Below, piece by piece: positions 37,029 through 48,718 of a DNA stretch of 64,000 nucleotides (positions are counted from its first letter, which is position 1; each line of letters starts with the position of its first letter). Source of the DNA: Basidiobolus meristosporus CBS 931.73 (Eukaryota > Fungi > Basidiobolomycota); the NCBI GenBank assembly GCA_002104905.1, contig MCFE01000267.1, positions 43,627-107,626 on the forward strand. Reading direction: 5' to 3'. Both the position numbers and the translations under genes were made by a program. The notes beneath the pieces were generated by a model. It saw nothing but the letters and a program-made list of their open reading frames with translations. It was not told the DNA's origin and did not search any database.

Positions 37029-39991
37029 ACGTGTCTATTTGTTCCTCAACGTTCAAGCCAAAGAGATTTGAATAAGCTTTTGCTTGAAACCACTAATGTA
37101 TTATGTGAAATATTGGTAGAGCTGAGTGGCTTCCAAGAGCAATATACTCAGGACTCATCAAGACAGCAGTTCCAAAGTATCTGACAGAGGGTAAGTGAGT
37201 ACCTTAAGGAATTAGGATGTGAGATTCAAGAGGACAAGTATCCACTGCAAGCAACTGCGTTAAGTTTGTGCCAGCACACCTTGCTTGACTGCTTACCATC
37301 CCCTGCAATGCCAGAGTACCAGTGCATGTCAGTCAAATCCATGCCAACACCATACACAAGAGCAGTTCCCAATGAGGCAACATGTGTCAGATCAATGTGC
37401 ACACTTCAGAGCAAAGCTAACAGAACTTGCTAAGCTGCTGATTTAGACACAAGTCTGTTGGAGCAGGCTAAGTTTCATTAATATATAACTTTGTATCAAG
37501 CTCAGCTAAGGGCTATGGAAAGGCATCAGGTTCTGCTTGCACATGCAGTTTAACCTGACCATCAACAAGTTACTAGTGGTGAACTGACTGACAATGATCC
37601 ACATAAAGTGTCTCCACCACCAGAGCCTTTGACAGGTAAAAGAAGTGTCAGCATATGTAGCACTTTGGCTGATTCTGTTATATCATATGGAGCTATTCAG
37701 CAAGGCCAAGCTCCAGCATTGCACTTATCAACTAGGAGGAAAAATGCTAACTACAAATACACAGGTAACCAAGATGGTAGTCAACAAGGAAGTACCTTGG
37801 GTGCGCAAAGTGAATCTCTACCTAATGCCAAAGTAGTAATCCCTGTGAGAGAAAAACCCAGGAGAAGATGATGCAATTGCATTGAATTGCTATCATTTGT
37901 TGTGATCCAAACAACACATTTTTTTGCAATCTGAATTGAGTCATGGTAAATCAGTGATCACTAATTCTTTGATATAAGTAATATCAAGGTTGTCTTACAT
38001 TTGTGACAGAGCCCCTATAGTAAATACCCTGCATAAATATACATCATCTGTAATAATAGTGCAGCTATTTGATCTGATTTGCACCTACACAATTGGTTGC
38101 ATGCTTGCTATGACACCTTGTCCAATCACTAAGTTTGGGGGTTTACTTACTCAATGGGCAAAATGAGATATTTGATAGCAAATCAGGTGACTGGTGTATT
38201 GGTCAATGAGCCAATTGGGAGCTAAGAGCTTCAGAATACTTTCAGCTCAATCATCCATTGATATACTGTCCAATTTGAGGGGTGGTAACCAAAATGGTAA
38301 GTATCACTTTAGTTTATAGTGTGATATGTATTTATTTCCATTATATTCAAGAAACATATCCAAATACTGGACTTTACCTACCACACTAGTTGTATCATAT
38401 TGCACACATGATGCAAACATTACAAGTTGGCAGAATCATATTTGCCAACATCATCATGTTGGATTGTGTCATAGCATATATGATTGTCCCACATAGTGCA
38501 AAATTGTCCAAGAGCAATCCTGCCTTCTAGTAGCTACACTATTGAGCCCAATCATTATTTGCAACAGCAGATTGCACCACACACCCTGGCACAGCATGAT
38601 GGAACAAGCTTAATAATAATGAGTGTGAATTATGTAGTAATTCCCCTGGATAAGGGATAGGGAGGCAGAGACAGATATATTGGTGCAGCATTTATTAAGG
38701 AGAAAGCATAGATTAATATAAGAAGAACTCACTTACAGCAGCAGTGAAGGGCTTGAGCATGATAGAACCTATAGCTCTCTCAGTATCCTGTTACAAGCAG
38801 GGCTGGAAGCTTCAAGCAAGTAGCAAAGAGATGCCAGGTTGCTGGTAGAGTACTAGCAAGGGACAAGCAGACAAAAATGACTGCACTAGGGCAGCATTCA
38901 TCAAGGAGAAAGCAGAGTACATACAAGACGCACTCAGGCAAAGTAGCATTGAAAGACTTGGTAGTGGTAAAGGTAAAGAGATAAAGGTCTTGCCAAGCCA
39001 GAGGTAGGGAAGTGAGAGAAATGAGCTGCAGCTCTCAGCAATTTTTGCCATTAACCCACAGCAGGCAAATCCCATCATAGCCAAAAGGAATTACTAACAA
39101 GACTTCAGCTTGTTTCTCAAGAGCAGGAAGAGCAGCCAGCTGAGCTGCACTTCAGTGAGGTAGAGAAGTTAGCAGAGAAAAGCCATTTGTCTACCATGGC
39201 CTCCATATCCTCCAAAGTACACAGAGTGGAGATCCCATTGACAGACAAAGCAACAATGTCTAGAACTCAAAAGACTATTGCATTGGCTACAGTGGAATTT
39301 TGGAGCATGAATAGGCACACCAAGAGGTTGCAGCACTTCTTCATGGGCACTGCTTAAGACAATGCACTTGAATATTGCAAGTATTTATGAGAAAGATTGG
39401 CAGATATGGTCTAGACCTTTCTGTGACAGCTGAATACCAGGACGTATGGTAGTCAGTGAGTGAATAGTGGAATAAAGCTGCAGGGTTCCTACCAAAGTCA
39501 TGAGAAAGGGCATTACAGCAGAAATACTGATTGAATGGGGTATTTCAATGGAGTTACTTGTTCAATGTGGGGATGTGCTTAATAGTAAACTTGGTAAAGG
39601 GATTTAAATAGGCTAATACCATTTGCAATTGAGGTACAACTGAAGTTTCAATGGTAGTAAATTGGTTTGGATGCATGAAAAGTAAGAGAATTGGTTGAGT
39701 CAGGAAGTAAGTAGTCTGAAGAGGAGGCAATAGGCAATCAATATACCCAGTTGTAGGAGGTGACTTAGTGTCTGGGATCAGAAAATGAGAGAATTAGCAG
39801 AGGACCAATCATAAGCCACTTGTTTATTGTTATGATGAAGAATTTTCAGGAACTTTTTTGTGAAATCTGGGGTGCAGTTATTTCTCAACAGCTTTTGCAT
39901 GGTGTCCTGACAGAATCAATACCTCTTAGTCATAGAACTTTAATTTTGTGACAGCCTTTTGAAGGGATCACCACTTTTTTTTTTCATTGGG

Positions 39992-40990
39992 CAATTGACA
40001 AGATATGACAGAGTATCTGCTACCTGAAGTACCTCTCACAGACTCCAATCAATATACCTACACTTATGCCACAGCACAAATGTAACAATTTGGTGAATGG
40101 GTATGTATTGATTCAGGTGTCTATCTGAAGCCACTTCTACCAAGATTACATTGGAAACAATGGGTGACATTTGTTGACATTGTAGGAATATTTATCCAGA
40201 AGCAGATTACCAATGCTAACTTGACACATCTACTGCTGTTATGCCAGCAGTTTGTGAAGGAATTTGAATTACTATACTGCAAGCCTAAAGCTGAGCATGT
40301 AGATCACTGCTGCTGCTGAATCTATTCTGTATTCCTTTTTGCTTAGTGTGTAGACACTATTGGGCCTTGCTTTACCTTTTGGGTGCTTCCTATGGAGCAG
40401 ATGTATGGGGAGATAGGAAGACAAGTCAAGTTGCAGGTACTACCATATCCCGGTTTCATCAAGAAAACTACCTTCAATTCTGTTCTGAATGTGATGAGTT
40501 GACACATGGACGCCAGCCAGGAAGAGTTGAAAAACACTGGGGACAGATGTGCACATGGTAATACTTATGCCTTAGGCATTAAGAAGCTAAGCAGCCCCAA
40601 TGCATGGGTGATCAGTTAAGTAATGCAAAGTTGGGTTGGGTGCAAGAAGCAGCTAATTTTAATAGGACCAATTTATCAAGGCATGCCAGGTTTCACTTGG
40701 TCACAAGCCAGTTCCAACACCATTCAAGATAGAGTTCACACAAACTAGTGCCAGAGCACATCTACAAGGGAGACTAAAATCCAGCAGGGAGAAGAAACAT
40801 ATTGGCTAAATATCAAGAAGTTCTTGGTGGATACTTGAGAGGTATTCATGGCAAAAGCGATGGCAACCAAGCATATGTTTGCAAGATGTATATGTTGGGC
40901 TATCAGTACACAGTCAAGTGTCTTGTCATATAAGGCAATCGGACGTATTAGCTGGTTAGGTCTGCTCAACCAAATGTAGAGCATCTCAAT
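39992..40990 (+). pseudogene. Continuation of E2: transposase C-half and 3' region
   Basis: Resumes at the codon where 20065 stopped; stop near 40618; downstream matches 32250-32700 and 53220-53700. Confidence 0.7.
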
Positions 40991-40999
40991 ACCTTTAGA

Positions 41000-41531
41000 A
41001 TGCCATACTACTCTTGTCAAAAGACTGCCAATCACCCTCATGTTTGAGCTTTAAAAGCTGTGGGGCTCCTACCTGAGTCATGGCAAAAGGCGTTTTGGCA
41101 GAAATACTTAGTAGATGGTGCATTTTAATGGAGTTACTTACTGTTAGGCTTAAAGTTAGTATTGGGTATAGGGACTTGTGCAGGCTTTTACAATTAGAAA
41201 TCAAGCCAAACCTGAAGGTTGGAAGGAAATGAACCAATCTGTGTGCTTGGAAAGTAAGAGCATTGTTTGAATCTGGAAGTAAGGAGTGTGACAAAGAGCC
41301 TGTAGTCAATCAATGTACAAAAGCATAGCTGGTGATTGAACATCCAGAATTCAAAAGTAAGAAAACTGGCAGAAAGCCAATTTAAAGCTACCTATGTATT
41401 GTAGTCATGAAATTTTTGACCACAATTTTTGTGATGTCTGGGTTGCAACTTGGTTGAAATGGTCTTTACACAGTGTGCTCATGGCATCAATGCCTCTTAT
41501 TCTCAGAATTCAAATTCTGTGATGGCCTTTT
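41000..41531 (+). mobile_element. Diverged CMC right-hand fragment (ORF2 C-terminus and end-B subterminal region)
   Basis: Weak match to 51900-52360; ends TGTGATGGCCTTTT at the E5 insertion. Confidence 0.5.
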
Positions 41532-42461
41532 CCCTATGAAAGATAATTTGGTCCCACAGGTGGATCCAATCTGGATCAGCCATCAGGATCCTGTTTAGAG
41601 ACCATCATAATACCAGCAGCTTTGAATTAGTCCCTCCTAACAACCTTATGATGGGAGCATGATGGTGTTTTGCTAATTTTACAACCAAATAAAGGGATAA
41701 AACTTGACAATATTTTATTGGTGCTGTGACAATATTGGCATGGTATTGCTGCGGTCTTTTGGTGCTCTAAAGCTATTTTAAGTGGATCCAATTGGCCAGG
41801 ACATCCAATTGCCTTATATGGCAAGAAACTTGACTGTATTTTGACAGCCTACTGCAAGACTCTGATGGCATCATATTGGCAGGATGGTGGTCTACAGCTG
41901 GTTCTGTATAATGCTACCATAACATTTTACCAAATGGTATTTCCTTTTCTACCTCCCCTCGCGCAATTCATATATTCCACTGTAAAATCACCCCTCTTTA
42001 TTTGCTTTCTCACTACTACCTTGAGTGTTCCACATATAGTTTAAATCAAAAAGTAACTATGGCCTTCTGCTTACTAACCTCTAAAAATGGGCACAACTGC
42101 AGCAATTACATACTTCTGTCACCTCAACTTTGCGGCTTTTTAGTGAAATACTTGCAAAGTTGCCATATACCTTGTACTGCTGGTAATATAGACATCTTGC
42201 AAACATATGCTTGGTTGTTGTCACTTCTGCCATGAATACCTCCTGAATATCTGCAAAGAACTTCTTTATATTAAGCCAATATATTTCTTCTCCCTGCTAG
42301 ATTCTAGTCCCCCTTATAGGTATGCTCTGGCCTTGTTTGTGGGAATTCCATATTGAATGGTGTAGAAGTTTGCTTGTCACCATGAGATATCTGGCATACC
42401 TTGGTAGAGTTTTCCTGATCAAAATTAGTTGCTTGTTGCACCCAGCCCAACTTTGCTTTAC

Positions 42462-44634
42462 TTAACTGATTACCCATGCATTGGGGCTGCTTAGCTTCTT
42501 AATGCCATAGGCATAGGTGTCTCCATATGCACATTTGTCCTCAGTAATTTTCAACTCTTCCTGGCTGTCCTCCATATGCCAACTTATCAAATCCATGATG
42601 GACCTGAAGGTAATATTCATGATGAGATTGGGATTGGGTAGTACCTGCAACATGACTTGTCTTCCTATCTCCCTACATATCCGCACTATAGGAAACTCCC
42701 AAAAGGTGAAGCAAGGCTCATTATTCTCCACACTGTGCAAGATGGAGCAGGGAATGGATACAGTAGTGGCAGAGATCTATGCATTCCACTTTATGTTTGT
42801 AGTATAGCCGCTCAAGTCCTGTCACAAACTCCTCATACAACAGCTGCAGATGCATCAAGTTGACATTGGTGATCTATGTCTGGATAAATATTCCTACAAC
42901 ATCCATATATGTCTCCCAATGCTTCCAATGTAATATTGGTAGGAATGGCTTCAAGACACCACTTGAATAAATATATATCTAGCTCATCCAGTCCTTGCAT
43001 CTGTTTTGTTGCATATGTCTATCAATATTAATTGGAGCCCATGAGAAGTACTTAGGGTAGTGGATACTCTGTAATATCTTGCCAATTCTTTCAGATTTCT
43101 CTGGTATCTCAAATGGCTCATTTAGCTTGAAGTGCCCCATGTACAACTTGGTTGTCAGTATAGGGATATTGTTGAAAAGAAAATGCACTGCTCTCAGTGG
43201 AAAGCTTTTGCTCCAACAGATATCTTGTATCTTACGTATCTCCAGTTTCCAATTGTTTCCATATTCTGGCCAATGGCTTATAGCTTGCCAACTTTGCTGC
43301 AATTGCATGCTGACTTCTGTACATTCTCTCTGTGGAAAGATGATGTTCTTAGTGCTGGTGTTTGGGTAATGATAATGTGTGTGAGTTATGGAGTAAGTCA
43401 CCTGGATCTCACACATTTGACAGCAATACCATCCATTGTACCTGGAAAAACCTGCTATCTTGCTGATGGCAGGAGTATCTCCAATGCAGCTAATAATATG
43501 CAAATTTACATGACAGCAATACACAGATATCTGCTGTAAAGCATACAAAATTCACCCATCAATGGATACAGGTAGCTATCAAGGTTAGACGGTGATTTAG
43601 GCCCAGATACTAGTGAGACTACCATCAGATCATTGCTCTGATACTGCAGGATGGGCAGCAGATTGAGATTGATGAGAATTGGTGGCCAGCAGGATTGGCT
43701 GGTAGAGTACTTGTCTAATGAGAATCCATCAAGTGCCAAGGCAAAGGCATGGTCATACATACCTTCAAAGTAGCCCTTGCTTCTTAGCTGTTTCCAATAT
43801 TTGCCATCAAATATATTTGATATGTTTGTGCTTGATCAAAACTGAGTGCAGTACTGTGTTACTTTGCAATATTTGTTGGACTGCATCAGCTTCCTCAGAT
43901 GGGGTATGATCAGAACATATCCAGAGTGTGAACAATGTTTTCCCTCAATGGTGGTGGATTCCTGATAATTTGGACATGTTGCAATGGTAGCATTTTTGGA
44001 TGTGAATGCCATGCAACTGTTAACATATGCTGGAATCAGGATAGTCTCTGCATCATATAATGCCAGCCATATGACAGTTGTCCACTTGTACCATGTACAT
44101 GGTTAGTTGCATCCTGGTAAGATTTTGGCATGAGGTAGAAATAAATCCGCAAAGCCCCCATTACTGCTATTAGTGGAAATGCATTACTTCTCTGGCCACA
44201 ACATTACATCATTCAACAGTAGATGGATATCTGGCCTCACTTAGCTCCACAAAGTATCCTTGGCATTTATTTCAACAGGTGTTGTCTTATTAAAATAGGG
44301 ATTTGACCAGGCTCAAATTTGGTACTCTTGTTAGGGGAGATAGGCTCAGTACCCATCAATGAACCTTCTTTGTCAGAGCTATCACTCTGCGTGCCATATT
44401 CAGAAGGCTGAGGTGAACCTAAGGGCATCACAAACTCACCTGACTCAGTTTGAGCAAGGTGACAAAGACTGCCAGGTGCTGGTACAGAAATATCAACTGG
44501 CTGGCAAAATAATGTTTGTACAGTAATGACCAATGAGTTGTCAAATATGACTTGGGTGGCAAAACACTGGTCATGAACCTTGTAATACTTCCTATGTTGT
44601 CTGCAAGCTTCATGGCTGAGAGGCTTGCTACAAT
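42462..44634 (-). pseudogene. CMC transposase of E5
   Basis: ORF fragments 42462-42740, 42979-43548, 43506-43760, 44267-44674 with CIGDTPAISKIAG, FALALDGF, LDSYLYPL motifs. Confidence 0.85.
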
Positions 44635-45379
44635 AGACTTGTTCCATTGTACCGTGCCAGGGCGTGCGGCGCAATCCGTGGTTGTAAAGAACAATCGGGC
44701 GCGATATTATAGCTACCAGAAGGAAGGATTGTTCTTGGACAATTTTGCACTATGTGGGACGATCTTGCACACTATGGCACAATCTGACACGATGAGGTTG
44801 GAACGGATGATTGCGCCAACTTGTAATGTTTGCATCACGTGCGCAATTGGATACCGCTATTATGGCAGGTAAAATCCGGTATTTGGATATGTTTCTTTAA
44901 TGCAAATGGAAATAAATGTGTATCACACTATAAAAAATACACTAATACTTACCATTTTGGTTACCCTCACTCCAATTGGATGGTATCTCAGTGGGTAATT
45001 GGTCCAAAAGTATCCTGAAGCTGGCAGCCCCCAATTGGCTCATTGACTACTAAAAAAGCTACCTGATTTGCCATCAAATATCCCATTTTGCTCATTGAGC
45101 AAGTAAATCCCTGATCCTAGTGATTGGACAAGGTGTCATAGCCAGTACGCAAGCAATCATGTAGGTGCAAAACAGATCCAATAGCTGCACTGGTATTACA
45201 GATGACGTATATATATGCAGGGTGTTTATTTATAGGGGTTCTGTCTCAAATGTGAGACGACCTTGATATTACTTATATCAAAAATTTGATGATCACTGAT
45301 TTGCGACGGCGCAATTTTGATCGCAAAAAAAAAGGGTTGTTGGGATCATTACGAATGTGAGCAATTCAAAGCAAACGCA

Positions 45380-46627
45380 TCATCTTCTCCTGGATTTTTT
45401 TCTCACAGGGATTACTACTGAAGCATTTGGCAGTGACTCACTTTGCACACCTATACTACTTCCTGGCTGACTATCATCTTGGCTACTTGTGTATTTGTAG
45501 TCAGTATTTTGCCTCCTAGTTGATGAGTGCAATGCTACAGCTTGGCCGCGCTGAATTGCTCCGACTGAACCAACTGAACCGGCCTGTAGTGCCACGCGCT
45601 GACGCGTTCTTTTACTTGCCAAGGGCTCCGGTGGTTGAGGCACTTCATGTTGGTCATCATCAGTCAGTTCACCAGAAGTAACTTGCTGATGGTCAGGCAA
45701 AACAGCACGTGCAGGCGCGCCTTGACGCGTTGAGATGGCCCTTGGATGAGTTTGATGTGATGCTGCAAGTTGATGCGACTTGGTCCGCTCCAATGGACTT
45801 GTGTCTAAATGAGCAGTTTGGCAAGTTCTTGTAGTTTTGCTCTGAAGCGCGCGCGTTGACCCGACGCGCATTGACTCAAGGCGGGGCGTTCTGGTAAAGG
45901 GTGTTGGCGTACTCTGGACTGACGTGCGCCGGCGCGCTGTGGTTACAAGAGATGGTAAGGAATCCAGCAAGGTGTGCTGGCGCGATCTGGATGATGTTGC
46001 TTGCGGTCTGTATTCTTCCTCCTGAAGCTCACCATCTGATTCCTCAAGGTATTCACTTACCCTCTGTCTGATACTTTGGAGCTGTTGCCTGGATGAGTGC
46101 TGTGTATATTGCTCTTGGAAGCCACTTAGCTCTACTAATATATCACGTAGTACATTAGTCATTTGAGGCAAAAACTCATTCAAAATCTCTTTGGTTCCCA
46201 AAGTTGAGGCACAAACGGACGCGTCCGGCCCGTACTGTGCAAATTGCGCGCAAAATTGCTCCCGCGCGGCTTCTTGGTCAAATCCCCTCACTCTCAGCTC
46301 ATTCTTGATTTCAATACTTGTCTTGTTATATATCTTTTTACATACATCAGCTGGCATCTTGATATAGAACTCATGCCACAGCTTTCTACTCAAATTCTTC
46401 CATCTTTGTTGACTCTCTGAGGTATCTAGTTCTGCTAGATTAATCAGTAGTGCCCAAATATCTGTATGAAGGCTCATCATAGACACTTGGGCCATACTAA
46501 AATCATTTGGCGAGAATTCGAACGGATCCAACATTGACTTTTCCGGTCCAGACCGCGCTTGTGAGCTGGGGGATGGGTTTTGTCTGGGTTGTACTAAAGA
46601 TGAGTTGAGGCTTGGTATGGGGACCAT
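45380..46627 (-). CDS. Partner protein (415 aa) of the DDE element; helical N-half, low-complexity basic C-half ending KKSRRR
   Basis: Uninterrupted ORF; decayed homologues at 4746-5480 and 22161-22550 plus 37029-37871. Confidence 0.85.
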   Translation of the reverse strand: MVPIPSLNSSLVQPRQNPSPSSQARSGPEKSMLDPFEFSPNDFSMAQVSMMSLHTDIWALLINLAELDTSESQQRWKNLSRKLWHEFYIKMPADVCKKIYNKTSIEIKNELRVRGFDQEAAREQFCAQFAQYGPDASVCASTLGTKEILNEFLPQMTNVLRDILVELSGFQEQYTQHSSRQQLQSIRQRVSEYLEESDGELQEEEYRPQATSSRSRQHTLLDSLPSLVTTARRRTSVQSTPTPFTRTPRLESMRVGSTRALQSKTTRTCQTAHLDTSPLERTKSHQLAASHQTHPRAISTRQGAPARAVLPDHQQVTSGELTDDDQHEVPQPPEPLASKRTRQRVALQAGSVGSVGAIQRGQAVALHSSTRRQNTDYKYTSSQDDSQPGSSIGVQSESLPNASVVIPVRKKSRRR

Positions 46628-46986
46628 AGCAACAGATTTGGATACTTATACAGCAGTATATTGACATCAACCTGGTCTTATATGAAATATATATGAAAAC
46701 TAATGTGATTGTTGAAATCTCCATATATTATGCATGATGCATCTCGGATTGCGTTGACACGGATCAGATCACCTCAATTGCAGATTTCCTATTTGATTAT
46801 AGACCTATGATTAAAGCATCAATAAAAGTATCAAGGCATTGTTTGCGGATGATTTTTGCGACATAATGATGGGATACATGGCAATTGATGGAGATTTAAC
46901 CATAATGTATTAAAAATCAGATAAATAAGGCGGATTGCGCCAAATTGATTCTAACCGCCTTTATACAATCATCCACCAATTTTAAT
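46628..46986. promoter_or_regulatory. Putative bidirectional promoter between the two divergent genes
   Basis: About 360 bp between divergent ATGs, conserved in P1 (5480-5820) and P2 (21900-22160); function inferred from position only. Confidence 0.45.
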
Positions 46987-47871
46987 ATGACTTACTCATC
47001 TGAATGGTCTTTTCTCATCAATCCCATCACTACCACTGGATTTCCTTTTGACACATTAGAGGAGATCTATTCCAAGTACTGTGGACCATCAACCCCAATC
47101 TACTCAAGGAGATCCCTTGTCAAGCTTCTCTGCTATTACAAGAACTATTGCCCTGCAAGGTTTCATCCCACCATCCATGGCAACAAAAGTCCTGGAAGCT
47201 TTCATTCCCAGCTGACAGCAATGGAGAACCACCTTGCAGAGGGTATGAATGACTTAGAGCAAGCTTGGAATACTAGGTTCAGAAGCTCCAATAGACTTCC
47301 ATATCCCAGAGTGTTCAGCAACAGGTTCCATATCAGGAGTATTTTGGATACCTTCCCAGTGAGGATTAACAGACCTTCTAGAGGGCAGAGACACTTTTAT
47401 TCTGGCAAGTACAAGGCACACTGTGTGAAGTTTCAAGCACTGTCTGACATTGAGGGTAACATCATCTGGTTTAGTGGGCCATTTGCTGGAAGTAGGCATG
47501 ACAAAGCACTCTGGGTAGAGAATCATCCTGAATTCAGTAGAGGGGAGAAATGTATGGCAGACTTAGCTTATATAGGAGAGGATTGTCAGAGATTAGGATG
47601 TATTACAGCTTATAGGAAGCCAAGGAATGGTGTACTTAGCAGGAAGCAGAAGCTCTACAATGAGATATTTAATCATTTCAGAGTAAGGGTAGAGCACACA
47701 TTTGGATATCTGAAGAGATTCAGCATATTGGCAGGTAAATACAGAGGAAAGTCATATATAGGAGAAAACAGCAGAATAGGTAAAAGAGTTAAGATACTTA
47801 TTAATGCACAGTATGTTCATACAAGAAGACATCCACTGAGAGAAATGTGTTTGGAGCATTATGAAGAGTAA
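46987..47871 (+). CDS. DDE_Tnp_4-family transposase (IS5/ISL2-like), about 294 aa, intact
   Basis: ILDTFP (D1), FYSGKYKAHCVKFQ, GSRHD, MADLAY (D2), YN..FNHFRVRVEH (E), LKRFSIL; first in-frame ATG at 46987. Confidence 0.92.
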   Translation: MTYSSEWSFLINPITTTGFPFDTLEEIYSKYCGPSTPIYSRRSLVKLLCYYKNYCPARFHPTIHGNKSPGSFHSQLTAMENHLAEGMNDLEQAWNTRFRSSNRLPYPRVFSNRFHIRSILDTFPVRINRPSRGQRHFYSGKYKAHCVKFQALSDIEGNIIWFSGPFAGSRHDKALWVENHPEFSRGEKCMADLAYIGEDCQRLGCITAYRKPRNGVLSRKQKLYNEIFNHFRVRVEHTFGYLKRFSILAGKYRGKSYIGENSRIGKRVKILINAQYVHTRRHPLREMCLEHYEE

Positions 47872-48718
47872 ATAAAGCAAGGAAAGCACTATTCTGAGCA
47901 ACATAAGTAAGATTGAGTAAAATTACCAGTAGCTGTATCATACCAAAGGCATCATGGTAGAAATTATAGTGCCAGATAGTGCCGTAGAGTGCCAGATTGA
48001 TCCGGCACCATAAACAGGCTGGCACTATGTGGCACTACATACACATGTATATGTAACACTATTTCCCCTTTGGTTTGACTCACTTCCATATATATGCTGC
48101 CAAAAAATAAATTAAAGTTGTCTGCTTCCTAACCAAACTGCACTGGCAATAGCAACAGAAGAATGATAGGACAACAGCTTGCCTTGACATACAGTGGGGC
48201 TGCATCCAAAAAAGGCCCTGTGGACTGTGCGCCCAATGAAGGTAATAATGCAGACTCCTCAGGCTCTCAGTCAAGTAAGCAATTGAGAACCTCAGCAGAG
48301 CCACAAGCTGACCATTATGCTCAGGCAGATGAGAATGAAGCAAATGCAGTACCCTCAGTTGATGACCCTCAAGTGGCCATGATAACATCACCACCACCCA
48401 TATTAGTAAGTATGTTGTCAGCTCACACCAAAGCATTAATGAGGCGGTTAGGTGCAGTGGCTGATAGGATAGATGCAATGGCCCATAGAAATCAGGAAAT
48501 AGTCCAGAAACAGGATGAGCAGATAATACATGTACAACAATCAGTATCCCAGGTAGAGAAAGCAGCATCTGTGCTGTAAAGAAGGAACTCAAGTAGCTCA
48601 ATGTCATAGCCAAGAATTGAGCCATTTTCCAATGTTACAGCAGGGGAACACCATACAGTCTTTGAAGCACAACATCAGTGCCCAAAGATAAAGCCCACAG
48701 AAAAACCTATCAGAGCAT

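Larger units (their letters stand above)
21338..38611 (-). mobile_element. IS5/Harbinger-like element copy P2 (inverted, decayed), TSD ATT/AAT
   Basis: TIR AGACTAGTTCCAAT at 21338 and GATGGAACAAGCTT ending 38611; DDE remnant 21456-21900; partner ORF from 22161 interrupted at 22550 and resumed at 37029-37871; flanks rejoin into continuous CMC transposase. Confidence 0.85.
20066..39991. mobile_element. CMC copy E3 inserted in the E2 transposase, carrying 17 kb of nested insertions
   Basis: Damaged end A (GCTATGATAATAATTTGG) near 20066; transposase C-half minus 20460-21337 resuming at 38612; ORF2 remnants 38660-39660; end B TTTTCATTGGG at 39991; E2 transposase resumes at (I)DKI.. immediately after. 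Confidence 0.7.
44635..48036 (+). mobile_element. Young IS5/PIF-Harbinger-like (probably Pangu-type) two-gene transposon P3; right TIR deleted
   Basis: Left TIR AGACTTGTTCCATT after target AAT; two intact divergent ORFs; CpGs retained; right end lost at TGTGGCACT. Confidence 0.85.

Noticed and set aside
44552-44872. 106-aa ORF spanning the CMC/P3 junction
   Set aside because: It crosses an insertion boundary, so it is a chance fusion. Its distal part is covered under the unexplained-arm finding.
45380-46627. YqaJ exonuclease (ISL2EU partner) or TnpB/Fanzor nuclease
   Set aside because: I see no PD-(D/E)xK or RuvC/zinc-finger motifs in this or any other ORF of the window.
46987-47871. Bacterial IS5 contamination or recent horizontal insert
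   Set aside because: It is integrated in a fungal-type CMC element, has older decayed copies and MITEs in the same window, and carries a second ORF.
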